Of a stretch of DNA of 64,000 bases, positions 27,564-37,810 are shown piece after piece. This DNA is from a virus. Taxonomy: Duplodnaviria > Caudoviricetes. Below the pieces are notes generated by a model. The model had not been told where the DNA came from and searched no databases. It saw only the letters and a list, made by a program, of their open reading frames with translations. Within the stretch, counting starts at the first letter, position 1. Each line of letters opens with the position of its first letter. The position numbers and the translations under genes are program-made. The stretch lies in the IMG/VR virus record IMGVR_UViG_3300020814_000535; one strand, written 5' to 3'.

Positions 27564-28551
27564 CAACGAAGAGAAACTCGAAGTCGCCCTCTCTGCCATT
27601 GAGAAGCAGTTTGGCAAGGGTTCGGTTTGGTACAATGTAGATAGAAGTAAGCTTCCTGAAGTAGAGAAGATTTCTTCTGGGTCTATTCTGATTGACAAGG
27701 CTCTCGGTGGAGGTTTTCTGCCTGGAGGTTTTCCGAGAGGAAGGATTGTGGAGATTTATGGTGGGGAGTCTGTCGGGAAGACCACGTTGGCACTCCATCT
27801 TATTGCTGAGGCTCAGAAATTGGGATTTCACTGTGCCTTCGTTGACGCTGAGCACGCCCTGTATGTTGAATATGCCACGGCTCTGGGGGTCGATTTCTCA
27901 AAGCTCGTTCTTTCGCAGCCCAGCTCGGGCGAAGAGGCGCTGCAAATTTGCGATATGTTGATTCGCTCGGGGACGATGGGTGTTGTGGTTGTCGATTCGG
28001 TGGCCGCTCTGGTTGGTCAAGCTGAGCTAGAGGGTGATATTGGCGACAGTCACGTAGGCATCCAGGCTCGTCTGATGGGCCAGGCTATGCGCAAGTTAAA
28101 CGGTGTCGTGGCCAATACAAAGACTATTCTGACTTTTATTAACCAGACACGCATGAAGGTACAGACCTATGGACACGGCGATCCGACAACAACCTCGGGC
28201 GGAAATGCCCTGAAGTTCTATGCCACACAACGTGTTGAGATGAAGCGGATTGGATCGGTCAAATCAGGAGACGAGGTCATTGGAAATGAGATTCAGGTTA
28301 AGGTTGTAAAGAACAAGATTGCTCCTCCATTTAAGGTAGCTAATGTAGTGGTCACATTTGGTGTTGGTGTAAATAAATATCAGGAAGTAATCGGACTGGC
28401 TGTAGAGAAGGGGATTATAAACAAGGGAGGCGCGTGGTATAGTTACAAAGAGACGAGGATTCAAGGACAGAACAAGATGGAGGAAGCTTTGCGCGATAAT
28501 CCAGATCTCTTTAACCAGATTCGCCAGGAAGTTATCGTAGCTATCACTTAA
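27556..28551 (+). CDS. recA: Recombinase A
   Basis: IEKQFGKG, GRIVEIYGGESVGKTT, VVDSVAAL, FINQ.R, GGNALKFYA, KNKIAPPF. Confidence 0.98.
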   Translation: MDNNEEKLEVALSAIEKQFGKGSVWYNVDRSKLPEVEKISSGSILIDKALGGGFLPGGFPRGRIVEIYGGESVGKTTLALHLIAEAQKLGFHCAFVDAEHALYVEYATALGVDFSKLVLSQPSSGEEALQICDMLIRSGTMGVVVVDSVAALVGQAELEGDIGDSHVGIQARLMGQAMRKLNGVVANTKTILTFINQTRMKVQTYGHGDPTTTSGGNALKFYATQRVEMKRIGSVKSGDEVIGNEIQVKVVKNKIAPPFKVANVVVTFGVGVNKYQEVIGLAVEKGIINKGGAWYSYKETRIQGQNKMEEALRDNPDLFNQIRQEVIVAIT

Positions 28552-28586
28552 CGGAGGACGGGTGGGCGTTTGATTTTAAGGAGCGA

Positions 28587-28817
28587 ATGAAGCCTCACAA
28601 GAGACTCGAGTTCTGTGTTGCAATTGGGTTAACTCTTGTATTAACAATCAAACGTGATCCAAAAACAAAAGAGGGAAAAATCGAGTGGAGTCTATATTCA
28701 GCTGATGGGACTCAGATAAAACATATTGATCCAACATCAGCCCTAGCTTTGTTAACTGCGGTTGAGGGATATGGAATATTGGCTTTACAGGATGTGTCAG
28801 ATGAGGGCGGCAAGTGA
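28587..28817 (+). CDS. Hypothetical protein
   Basis: AAGGAG RBS. Confidence 0.55.
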   Translation: MKPHKRLEFCVAIGLTLVLTIKRDPKTKEGKIEWSLYSADGTQIKHIDPTSALALLTAVEGYGILALQDVSDEGGK

Positions 28818-28829
28818 TTTTGGGTTGGA

Positions 28830-29369
28830 ATGCCCGAAAAGACCTTCCTCCTGGCGGGGACGCCACAAAAATACATCTACCAAATTGACGATTATTCGTG
28901 CGGGCCAGTCGCTGTAGTCAATGCGATCAAGTGGGCGGGATTTAAAGCGGGATACGAAGATCTTTCATATTTTCGCAAAGAGTGTCGCACGACCGAGGAA
29001 ATGGGAACCTATCCAGATGACTTGTTCTGGACGTTGAAAAAACTTGAGCTTCAGGGTTTATTTAGGTTAGTCTATCGCATCGAAGATGCAGACCTAGAGG
29101 ATATAGACGAGTGTTGGATCCCCAACTCGGCTATGTTGATTACCACCTGCACTGCGCCAGCAGCCAAAGGTCCTGAGAGCTGTCACTATTCTCTGATTGT
29201 CGATAAACAAAAACGCAAGGCTACGATCTACTATTGGTTGGCGAACTACTATACCAAAAGAGGGCTGGCAAAAATGAGCCGAGGATTCTTGAAGCAGATT
29301 TTACGAAAAAGCAAAAAAGCCGTGAGCGCAGCCAACCTGAGAACCGACGTCATTGTGGTGACTAAGTGA
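28830..29369 (+). CDS. Papain-fold C39-like cysteine peptidase
   Basis: YQ....SCGPVAV.N, GT.P, HYSLI. Confidence 0.7.
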   Translation: MPEKTFLLAGTPQKYIYQIDDYSCGPVAVVNAIKWAGFKAGYEDLSYFRKECRTTEEMGTYPDDLFWTLKKLELQGLFRLVYRIEDADLEDIDECWIPNSAMLITTCTAPAAKGPESCHYSLIVDKQKRKATIYYWLANYYTKRGLAKMSRGFLKQILRKSKKAVSAANLRTDVIVVTK

Positions 29370-30325
29370 CGGATTTTGCCCACCTTCACCTACATTCGGA
29401 ATACAGCTTGCTCGATGGCTGTATCCGCTTTAAAGAACTAGTCCCATACCTCAAAGAGATCGGCCTCACAGCCTGTGCCCTGACTGACCACGGGAATATG
29501 TGTGGTGCGGTCGAATTCTACAAAGCAATGAAGAAAGAGGGACTGAAGCCGCTCGTCGGTATAGAAGCATATTGTAGCGATAATCCAGACGACGTCGCGC
29601 AGGAAGATAAAATAAAAGATAATATGCACGTTGTTCTTCTGCCAAAAGACAACGTGGGCCTCAAGACTTTATTTAAACTCATCTCCGAAGCCAACCTTCA
29701 TAACTTCTATTACAAACCAAGGATTCAGTTCGAGAAGCTAGCTCAGCTGGCGGGGCATTGTGTAGTATCCACAGCCTGTCTAGCGGGTATATTATCTTCT
29801 GTTGTGAAATGGGATTCTGACCGCCGAATGTGGTCCGATGAGACAAATGCGGCGGAAGAGAAAATCTCCTTCCTCCAGGACCATTTTAAAGAAGATTTAT
29901 ATCTCGAATTGCAAGACTGGAACGACGGGACAGATATCCAACCTGCCTGGAACGAATTCTTGTTAATGGTGTCTGAAAAGAGAAATATCGAATGTGTGAT
30001 CACCACAGACGCCCACTATCTCAGAGAAACAGACTACGAACTTCATGAGCTGCTCATGGCCCTTCAATTGAAGCAGACCCTTGAGGAGTATAAACAGGGC
30101 ACCCAACTGAAATACGGACCTTACTTCTGGGTCAAGCCTCCAGAGGAAATGCTAAAGTCTGCCAAGAAGATTGGATGCGAATCAGCTTTCTGGAACACTG
30201 GAAAGATTGCTGATAAATGCAATGTAGAGCTAGAGCTGGGAACGTATTATCCGCCGGTTTTTCATCCAGAGAAAGCTAAAGATTATCAAGATTTCTTAAA
30301 GTGGAGAAAAGAAAGAGGATTATGA
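29366..30325 (+). CDS. dnaE: DNA polymerase III alpha subunit, stand-alone N-terminal PHP domain
   Basis: HLHLHSEYSLLDG, ALTDHG, GIEAY, FYYKPRI, TTDAHY; ends TGA 30325. Confidence 0.93.
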   Translation: MTDFAHLHLHSEYSLLDGCIRFKELVPYLKEIGLTACALTDHGNMCGAVEFYKAMKKEGLKPLVGIEAYCSDNPDDVAQEDKIKDNMHVVLLPKDNVGLKTLFKLISEANLHNFYYKPRIQFEKLAQLAGHCVVSTACLAGILSSVVKWDSDRRMWSDETNAAEEKISFLQDHFKEDLYLELQDWNDGTDIQPAWNEFLLMVSEKRNIECVITTDAHYLRETDYELHELLMALQLKQTLEEYKQGTQLKYGPYFWVKPPEEMLKSAKKIGCESAFWNTGKIADKCNVELELGTYYPPVFHPEKAKDYQDFLKWRKERGL

Positions 30326-30654
30326 ATAAACAGGAATACCGAAAGCATATTGAGTCTGTCGTAAGTTGCAATGGTTCGTATGAAGGCAATCAATGTACGC
30401 TGTTAGAAACGAGATATATCAAGGGTTCTGTTTCGTACCACATCATTATTAAGAATGCTCCGAGAGAAGACTTCGTTCATTGGCACTTTAGGTTCGATGA
30501 ACTAGAGGAAGCCATTGTTAAGTTCATCGAACTTGAACCACTAGACGAAGAGGGTGACGTTCCCTGTGACTGCAAGGAAGAGGCCGAGTGCGAACAGATC
30601 ACTTGCCAGTGCAATGGAAAGTGCTGTAAGGTAACCCCTGATGAAACTAATTGA
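30322..30654 (+). CDS. Hypothetical protein with Cys-rich C-terminus
   Basis: ATGA overlap with the PHP stop; CDC..C..C.C..CC tail. Confidence 0.6.
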   Translation: MNKQEYRKHIESVVSCNGSYEGNQCTLLETRYIKGSVSYHIIIKNAPREDFVHWHFRFDELEEAIVKFIELEPLDEEGDVPCDCKEEAECEQITCQCNGKCCKVTPDETN

Positions 30655-30970
30655 TGAGCTGAGGGATAAGTTTCCAGGTCTGGCAACTAAAAGCAGGACT
30701 TCGCCTCTGGCGGCCATTAGGCTTCATTGCTTGGAGTGCTGTGGTGGCTCGAGAAAAGAAGTCGAGGAATGTACTGCTCCAGAGTGTGTTCTATTTGGAT
30801 TCCGTCTAGGAACAAAGCCAAAGCGCGGGGCTAAACTTGCTCTCCAGCAACCAAGAACTAAGAAGAAGCGAGTTCTAACCGAAGAACATAAGAGGAAGCT
30901 TGTCGAAGGAAGAAAGAAAGCTAAAATGGCTGCTGTGGAGGGGAAGCCTCTCGATTCAGCCAATTCTTGA
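30641..30970 (+). CDS. Conserved phage-type Cys4 protein with basic tail
   Basis: PLAAIRLHCLECCGGS..EV..C...C.L..FR.G. Confidence 0.65.
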   Translation: MKLIDELRDKFPGLATKSRTSPLAAIRLHCLECCGGSRKEVEECTAPECVLFGFRLGTKPKRGAKLALQQPRTKKKRVLTEEHKRKLVEGRKKAKMAAVEGKPLDSANS

Positions 30971-31205
30971 TAACGTTCAGCCCGTAGAAGAAGAGCCAAA
31001 CGAGCGAGGGAGACCACGACTACATCCCAAGATTGCTACCGACAAGAAATGGGTGACGGCATTTTGCAATGACATTTCTTGGGACAATGGGTCAACTTTA
31101 CGGGTCCTGACAGAACCGAAATTAGTTCACGCCAGAAACATTTTCGACACATTTGAAGAAGCTCTCGCTGAGCGAGACAAGCTTCTAGCCTCACTTCCAG
31201 AATGA
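30900..31205 (+). CDS. Hypothetical protein (start uncertain)
   Basis: Ends in an ATGA overlap with the dnaE core. Confidence 0.5.
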   Translation: MSKEERKLKWLLWRGSLSIQPILDNVQPVEEEPNERGRPRLHPKIATDKKWVTAFCNDISWDNGSTLRVLTEPKLVHARNIFDTFEEALAERDKLLASLPE

Positions 31206-34200
31206 CAACAGAATTAGATCTCTACTTTCGTTACAGATGCGAGAAAGGTCTGCACGAGCGCGGGCTCGACCACCTTCCTGAATATGTTAAACAGCTCAAC
31301 TACGAAATCGACGTCATTATCAAGATGGGCTTTCCTGGCTACTTCCTGATTGTCTGTGACTTGTTGGAATGGGCTAGAAGTAAAAAGATCATAGCTGGGC
31401 CAGGCCGAGGGTGCCTTTCGGGCGATACGAAAGTTTTTTTAGACAAGGGAAAAGTCAAAAATATTAAAGATGTTAAGGTCGGCGAAAAGGTTATTTCCCA
31501 CACAGGAGACTTAAGGAATGTCATAAAAGCGTTTGAATATGACGTTGACGAGGCTCTTCTAAAAGTCAACACATACTATGGTGATTTTGGTGGTATAACA
31601 GCCACTAGTGATCATAGGATATTCGCACAAAAGGCAAAGCTTAATAAAGGATGGGAGGCTGCGAGTTCAACGGTAAGAAAGAATATGAGGCGTTGGCAGC
31701 ACCCAACAGACGAAATTTTCGAAGTACCTATTGGGGACCTAGAGGTTGGAGATTGGATTTTTACTCCGAAACCAAAGAGGGAAATTAAACCCCTTCCTAC
31801 TGGAATAGATTTTTCCCTATATTCTTATATTTGCAAATATAATATCGTTGTAGATAACGATCTTTTAATCGAGTACGTCCCAGTATCGAAAGCTTTTAAA
31901 TATTCAATTAGAGATGTAGTAAGAAATACTGGAGTAACGGGAAACTTTCTGAGAGGGCTTTTAAGATACCAAGGGGATCAAGATTCTTATGAGTCACATT
32001 GGTCTAAATCTTGGTCTAAGAAAAAGAGCGCTCAAGCTGTTGAGAAACTCAAAAGTTATGTTTTGCAAGAATTTTCGTCATTAAAAGAATGGTGCTCTTA
32101 TGCAAACGAAAGAAGATTTGTTAAAACTTCTATCGCAAAGTTCATTCCCTTTGACGACGATTTCTTGTGGCTCGTTGGGAAATGGACCGCAGATGGGTGG
32201 TTTAAAAAAGAGGGGAGCAGAGAATGGGGAATTTGTTTTAATAGCAACGAGGTTGATCAAATTTCTAGGGTTGAGGACTGGTTAACCAAGAACTCACTTG
32301 CCTACACCAAGAGAGATGGCTACAAAGGCAAAAAACTAGTTCAAATTCGTGTCAATTCGGGAATATTCTCCAAGTGGTGGAAAATACTTTTCGATAAATA
32401 CAGGTGTAGCTCTCAAACAAAACACTTTCCTTCGTTCGTTTTCTCGCTACCAGATGACAAGTTGAGAATAGTAATTAAAGGATACATGGACGGGGACGGC
32501 CACTATGGAGCAAACAAAAATAGAGCCACTACAACATCCTATATTTTGGCTTATCAACTAAGGTTTTTGTTACTAAGTCTTGGACTGCCATCCTCATTAC
32601 AGTATTCTATTCGCGAAGAAAAAAGGTGGATCTGTTTAAATCCAATAAGAGAAAGCTATGTGATAGATTTTCCCAAAAACGATGGAATTACAAAATATAA
32701 ATATCGATGGAGTCCTCATCCCGATGGAATTTGGACACAAATTTGGAAAATCGCAAAGGTTGTAGATAAAAAGAAGGTGTATGATATTTCGGTAGAAAAA
32801 GATTCTTCTTATCTAACCACCTCTGGCGTAGTACACAATAGCGTAGGCGGGTCTTTAGCTGCATACTCGTTACGTATCTCCCACGTCGATCCGATAAGGT
32901 ACAAACTTATCTTTGAGCGCTTTTTAAATCCAGACAGAGTTAGTATGTGTGACATTGATATGGACTATCCCGACGATCGGCGAGAAGAAGTCATAGAGTA
33001 TTTGGTCGACAAGTTCGGAGAAAACTCTGTCTCTCGTATTGGCACTTTTGGTACAATGAAAGCCAAGGGTGCTATTCGAGATATCACCCGTTGTTTAGGC
33101 TACGATTATGAAATTGGAGACAAACTCTCTAATCTTGTTCTTCCACCCGTCTCGGGCCAACCCCAATCCTTGGAAACTTGTTATGAGCAAGTTGCCGAAC
33201 TTAAGCAACTTCGCGATACTCCTGGGACTCCTGAAGCAGAAGTTCTTCGCTGGGCCGAAAGACTAGAAAATAGAATTCGCACTTCGGGAACTCACGCTTC
33301 CGGAGTTGTGATTTCAGAGGGGCCAGTTTACGAGCGAATCCCTCTGATGTTAGGGAAGGATAAAAAGCCAACCACCCAGTTTGAGATGAACAATGTTGAA
33401 GAGGTGGGGCTGATCAAGTTTGATATCTTGGGCCTAAAAGCTTTAACGACGGTAGATAGATGTTGCAAGCTTATTGAGCAAACTCGTGGCACCAAAATAG
33501 ATCCACTAGAAATCCCGCTGGATGACGAAGAAACGTTCGAGCTACTGTCTCGAGGAGAAACCGATGGAATTTTTCAACTTGAAGGATCTTCTGGACTCCA
33601 AGATCTGACGATCCGTTTAAGGCCCAGGTGTTTGGAAGACATCTCGCTTCTCGTGGCACTCTATCGTCCAGGGCCACTAGCAACAGGAATGGTAGACCAG
33701 GTGATTAAGGTTAGGAATCTGGAGGTGCAGGCAGAATATTATATTCCCGAATTAAGGCCAATTTTGGAGGAAACGGCTGGCTGTATCGTCTACCAGGAAC
33801 AGGCAATGCAAATTGCTAGAGACCTGGCTGGATATTCCATGGGTGAGGCGGACACGATGAGAAAAGCTATTGGTAAAAAGAAGGCGGCTCTGATGGAGGA
33901 GCAGCGAGTTAAGTTCGTTTCAGGAATGGTTACCAATGGTTTTGAGGAGGCGAAAGCCCAACGTCTCTTTGGCGAAATAGAAGGTTTTGCAGCTTACAGT
34001 TTTAATAGGAGCCATTCGCTAACTTACGGATATCTCGGATATATTACCGCCTACCTTAAAGCTCACTATCCTTCAGAGTTCATGTGCGCGTGCATGACTA
34101 CGGATTCGGATGAACCTGAAAAAGTAGTAAGGTATATCTCTTATTGCAAGTCTCATGGAATTGAGGTTTCACCTCCAGATGTGAATGCTTCCAGAGATTC

Positions 34201-35221
34201 TTTTACTGTAGATAAAAATGGGAAGATTTGTTTTGGTTTGGCGGCTATTAAAAATCTAGGGGCTGGACCAGTAAAGCTTATTGTCCGAGAGAGGGAAAGA
34301 GGCGGGGAGTTTGTTGATATATTTGATTTCTGCCGGCGTGTCGACAACTCCATTGTTAATTCTAAGAAGCTAGAGTCTCTGATTCTTTGCGGGGCGTTTG
34401 ATAAAGTCCATCAGGGAATGAATCGAACAGCTCTTCTGATGGCTATGGACGACGTCTGGAAGTACAAAGAAGAGATCAAACGTTATGAATCCAAGATGGA
34501 GACCTACAATAAACGGCTGGAAGCTTGGAATCAACGAGAAGAAGAGCGCAAGACGGGTGTAAAGAAGCCATCCCTCAAGTTTCCCGAGAAACCAGAGAAA
34601 CCTGGAGACCCAAAAATTCTCGAAGGTGTGCCGTCTATTCCTGTGCTCGAGAAGTTGAAACACGAACGAGAACTGTTGGGTTTTTATTTATCGGGCCATC
34701 CGGTGGAATTTGTTGAAAAAGTCTGGCACCGAAAGATTTGTGAATTAGGGGATAGCGGGCAAAACGAAGTAATCATTATTGCTGTCCCTACAATTATCAA
34801 GGAGCTTACGACACGCAGAAAAAAGGAAAGGATGGCTCAGCTTACTGTTGAGGACAACACGGGCTCGATGGAAGTCGTTGCTTTCCCGAAATCCTGGAGC
34901 AAGTTTGCTTCGACGATCGCCGAGGGGACCCCTCTGATTCTCGATATTAAAATGGAAGCAAATGACGAGGCTAGCGATCTAAAGAGAGGAATTCTCGTAG
35001 ACGCTAAACCAGCCCCTCTGAGTACGGCTGGACCAATGGAGCTAGTTATTTCTGTGGATGCGGTTCCACGGATGATAAATGCGCTGAAAGACAGCGAAAC
35101 AAACGATAACAAAGGAGAGATGTTCGACATAGTAATCAAAGCAAGATCTGGAGGAAGTTTGAAGTTGTCAGCTCGAGGAAAGATTGATCACCTCACCTTA
35201 ACGCGGCGGATGGGAGGGTAG
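31202..35221 (+). CDS. dnaE: DNA polymerase III alpha subunit catalytic core (palm/fingers/HhH/OB), intein-containing
   Basis: GFPGYFLIV, GPGRG/SVGGS, FERFLNPDR, CDIDMD, HASGVVI, KFDILGL, LYRPGP, FNRSH, OB domain. Confidence 0.96.
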   Translation: MTTELDLYFRYRCEKGLHERGLDHLPEYVKQLNYEIDVIIKMGFPGYFLIVCDLLEWARSKKIIAGPGRGCLSGDTKVFLDKGKVKNIKDVKVGEKVISHTGDLRNVIKAFEYDVDEALLKVNTYYGDFGGITATSDHRIFAQKAKLNKGWEAASSTVRKNMRRWQHPTDEIFEVPIGDLEVGDWIFTPKPKREIKPLPTGIDFSLYSYICKYNIVVDNDLLIEYVPVSKAFKYSIRDVVRNTGVTGNFLRGLLRYQGDQDSYESHWSKSWSKKKSAQAVEKLKSYVLQEFSSLKEWCSYANERRFVKTSIAKFIPFDDDFLWLVGKWTADGWFKKEGSREWGICFNSNEVDQISRVEDWLTKNSLAYTKRDGYKGKKLVQIRVNSGIFSKWWKILFDKYRCSSQTKHFPSFVFSLPDDKLRIVIKGYMDGDGHYGANKNRATTTSYILAYQLRFLLLSLGLPSSLQYSIREEKRWICLNPIRESYVIDFPKNDGITKYKYRWSPHPDGIWTQIWKIAKVVDKKKVYDISVEKDSSYLTTSGVVHNSVGGSLAAYSLRISHVDPIRYKLIFERFLNPDRVSMCDIDMDYPDDRREEVIEYLVDKFGENSVSRIGTFGTMKAKGAIRDITRCLGYDYEIGDKLSNLVLPPVSGQPQSLETCYEQVAELKQLRDTPGTPEAEVLRWAERLENRIRTSGTHASGVVISEGPVYERIPLMLGKDKKPTTQFEMNNVEEVGLIKFDILGLKALTTVDRCCKLIEQTRGTKIDPLEIPLDDEETFELLSRGETDGIFQLEGSSGLQDLTIRLRPRCLEDISLLVALYRPGPLATGMVDQVIKVRNLEVQAEYYIPELRPILEETAGCIVYQEQAMQIARDLAGYSMGEADTMRKAIGKKKAALMEEQRVKFVSGMVTNGFEEAKAQRLFGEIEGFAAYSFNRSHSLTYGYLGYITAYLKAHYPSEFMCACMTTDSDEPEKVVRYISYCKSHGIEVSPPDVNASRDSFTVDKNGKICFGLAAIKNLGAGPVKLIVRERERGGEFVDIFDFCRRVDNSIVNSKKLESLILCGAFDKVHQGMNRTALLMAMDDVWKYKEEIKRYESKMETYNKRLEAWNQREEERKTGVKKPSLKFPEKPEKPGDPKILEGVPSIPVLEKLKHERELLGFYLSGHPVEFVEKVWHRKICELGDSGQNEVIIIAVPTIIKELTTRRKKERMAQLTVEDNTGSMEVVAFPKSWSKFASTIAEGTPLILDIKMEANDEASDLKRGILVDAKPAPLSTAGPMELVISVDAVPRMINALKDSETNDNKGEMFDIVIKARSGGSLKLSARGKIDHLTLTRRMGG
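31412..32839 (+). mobile_element. Intein (476 aa) with LAGLIDADG endonuclease in the DnaE GRGS motif
   Basis: CLSGDT, ATSDHRI, LVGKWTADG and IKGYMDGDG, VYDISV...VVHN/S. Confidence 0.95.
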
Positions 35222-35225
35222 GACG

Positions 35226-35411
35226 ATGCAAGCATTACTTGATATCCTTTTCAAATTGGCGGGATCGATGGTTTGGTGGGCCGAAATTATCTCGGCTTTG
35301 GCTGGCTTGGCAGCAGCCATTTGGAGTTCGTGGAAGGTTTATCAGGTAACCAACAGCGGAAAAGCGTTTAGGGTGACCCGTGGCCTCCTCCCAATACCAG
35401 CGCATCGTTAA
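35226..35411 (+). CDS. Small membrane protein
   Basis: GGAGG upstream; hydrophobic segment. Confidence 0.5.
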   Translation: MQALLDILFKLAGSMVWWAEIISALAGLAAAIWSSWKVYQVTNSGKAFRVTRGLLPIPAHR

Positions 35412-36210
35412 GCTCACCAAGAAGATTCAGGGCGGCCGTAGTCTGCCTCCGATGCTTGCGGATGACGAATCTATTCTCAGTAAAAATCTCAAAACAGGTT
35501 ATTCACTCAATTTTCCTATTGCTCTGACCTGTAACCCCACCAAGGTTTGTATGAGATTGTGTTACGGCTCAAAACCTGGGGCACCAATTAATTGGGATGC
35601 AAGTATCGCAAAACAGCTGAGGCTTTGGTCGTTCTTTCAACAAGCTTCTACAGAAGAAGTAGCACAACGAATTATTCGAGAGTATGATATGAAAGAGCTA
35701 GATTGGTTGCGGTGGAACGGGGTGGGCGATCTTTTCCCGAGGAGTACGAAGGTAATTAATTATATTACCGAAGAGCGGCCAGATGTTAGGTTGCTTGTCG
35801 TCTCCCGGAAACCTCAAGAGGTTGCAAAACTGAATCCTGGCCCAAACCTCTATATCATGTTCTCGCTTGACAATGCTTCTCGAGATAGGTTAGAAAAGTT
35901 TAATAGGCTAATGCCAAAGGGACATCCAAGACTATTTTTTTCTTTTCTACGAGAAAATCCAGACGATGACACCATGGGTGCGCAAATTATCTTCAACGCA
36001 CATCAGAACAGAGATCAGCTTCCTTATGATTCCAAGCGAAAGTGCTGTCCAGTAGATGCAGGAGTTCTCGACATTGAAGGAGGATGTGATTCCTGTAAAA
36101 AGTGTTTTACTAACTCTATCCTAAAATCGTCTCGGAAGGAGTTTAATGACTACCGAGCCCCTGCAAACTGTCTGGAGTCAACAGGAAACAGATATTCTAA
36201 AGCTGCTTAG
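35380..36210 (+). CDS. Phage Gp88-like (radical-SAM-related) Cys-cluster protein
   Basis: SKNLKTG..LNFP..TC.....C...CYG, LRWNGVGD, C-terminal CP...C..CKKC. Confidence 0.65.
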   Translation: MASSQYQRIVKLTKKIQGGRSLPPMLADDESILSKNLKTGYSLNFPIALTCNPTKVCMRLCYGSKPGAPINWDASIAKQLRLWSFFQQASTEEVAQRIIREYDMKELDWLRWNGVGDLFPRSTKVINYITEERPDVRLLVVSRKPQEVAKLNPGPNLYIMFSLDNASRDRLEKFNRLMPKGHPRLFFSFLRENPDDDTMGAQIIFNAHQNRDQLPYDSKRKCCPVDAGVLDIEGGCDSCKKCFTNSILKSSRKEFNDYRAPANCLESTGNRYSKAA

Positions 36211-37339
36211 GCCCGTTTGTACTACTCTTGAAATCAAAAGCATCTTTGACAATCTAGGTTTTGAACGGTCTCTAGGCTCAATCCGACGAAAGAGCGACAG
36301 AGGTCGTCTCGCTTTTATAGAGCTTGGATTCCCTGAATTAGATACGGTTTCAGACGAAGTCTCTCAGGCAATCCGAATGGCAATTGGAGACCGAGAGGAG
36401 ACCTTCATCTCGTCTCTGATCAAACCTAAACGCTATTCTAAGATCGACCTCCAAGAAGCAGAACAATGGTTTGACGTTCTCTTGGAGATGCGCCAGAAAA
36501 CACCTCGCTTTCCCCTCAAGCCATCCACCCAATCTAACAACTCAGCCCTAGCAATTCTTTTCTCCGATTGGCACGCGGGGAGAGTCTTGTACAACGAGGC
36601 TGGGGAGACGATCTACAATATGCAGATTATGAGCAAGCGAGCGGAGCTTTTTGCCGAGAAGATCGCTTGCTTCTCGAGTGGGTACAACTTCGACGAAATC
36701 TTAGTCTTAATTGATGGAGATATGGCCGATGGAAAAGATATCTTTCCGGCTCAGGGAGAATCCACTCCAGTTACTCCACTCTACCAGGTACATCACGTCG
36801 TCAAAACAATCTGGACGTTTATTCTTTCGCTCAACAGTTTCTTTCCGCGCGTGCGTATCCGCGTGGTAACGTGTCCAGGCAACCACGGTCGAATCGAGAA
36901 TTCCAAGATCAGCAACTTCGACAATTTCATTTATCAGGAGCTAGAACTTCTTGTATGGATGAGTTCGCTGGACAAGAAGACTCGACTTGATGTTAGCATC
37001 TCCAATAACTTTGGGTTTGAATACAACAATGTAGTGTCTAAAGGCTTCAAGATCCACATGCGTCATTTTGCGCCTAAGGAAACAGACACATCAGCAGGAA
37101 GAAGCAGGTTCTTGGGTTGGTATCAGAAGCATGATTATGATTTGATTTGTTCGGGGCATTGGCATCATTTTGGGCATTCACCAGTTAATGGAAAACCGGC
37201 TGTTCGGAATGGAAGTCTTATGGGTGGAGATAATTATGCTGAAGAGTTCGGCGCAGATGATCCTCCATCTCAGAGTATTATTGTCCTTTCACCCAATGGC
37301 CCAATCCCTATCCTTGCAGCTCCTGTACCTCTAAGTTAA
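36146..37339 (+). CDS. Calcineurin-like metallophosphoesterase with N-terminal HTH-like region
   Basis: SDWH, GDMADG, GNHG, H, GHWH motifs. Confidence 0.85.
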   Translation: MTTEPLQTVWSQQETDILKLLRPVCTTLEIKSIFDNLGFERSLGSIRRKSDRGRLAFIELGFPELDTVSDEVSQAIRMAIGDREETFISSLIKPKRYSKIDLQEAEQWFDVLLEMRQKTPRFPLKPSTQSNNSALAILFSDWHAGRVLYNEAGETIYNMQIMSKRAELFAEKIACFSSGYNFDEILVLIDGDMADGKDIFPAQGESTPVTPLYQVHHVVKTIWTFILSLNSFFPRVRIRVVTCPGNHGRIENSKISNFDNFIYQELELLVWMSSLDKKTRLDVSISNNFGFEYNNVVSKGFKIHMRHFAPKETDTSAGRSRFLGWYQKHDYDLICSGHWHHFGHSPVNGKPAVRNGSLMGGDNYAEEFGADDPPSQSIIVLSPNGPIPILAAPVPLS

Positions 37340-37350
37340 GTAGGTTCCTA

Positions 37351-37809
37351 GTGTCCGACAGACCAAACTGGCATGAATACTTCATGGCTATTTGCGATCA
37401 AGTAGCCCTACGTTCCACCTGCGATCGAAAACATGTTGGCGCCGTGATCGTTGACGAAGAAAATCATATCCTTGCTTCTGGATACAACGGAACCCTTCCC
37501 GGTCAGCCTCACTGTAACGAAGTAAACCATTATATGGAGAACGGACACTGCACCAATGTTCTTCATGCAGAAATTAACGTAGTCGCCCATGCAGCCAAAC
37601 GAGGAATCTGTCTAAGGGGGACAACTCTATATTGTAATGTTTTGCCTTGTTGGAATTGCGCGAAAGTTATTGCTGCGGCGGGGATCAAGCGAGTGATCTT
37701 CCGAGAAACCTACGGAGCAGATCCAAGAGTTTTCGACATTCTTTTCATTCAAAGACTCGATCAGGCAGTTGAGTATGATAATCAATGGAAAGGCGACTTT
37801 GACAAATAA
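37351..37809 (+). CDS. dCMP deaminase
   Basis: RP.W.EYFM, RSTC.R..VGAV, GYNG, HAE.N, PCWNC. Confidence 0.93.
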   Translation: MSDRPNWHEYFMAICDQVALRSTCDRKHVGAVIVDEENHILASGYNGTLPGQPHCNEVNHYMENGHCTNVLHAEINVVAHAAKRGICLRGTTLYCNVLPCWNCAKVIAAAGIKRVIFRETYGADPRVFDILFIQRLDQAVEYDNQWKGDFDK

Positions 37810-37810
37810 T

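Noticed and set aside
30240-31260. Split intein or intron at the dnaE break
   Set aside because: There is no Cys/Ser-initiated intein block after the PHP domain and no HN-terminated block before the core; the gap is filled by coupled ORFs with no endonuclease motif
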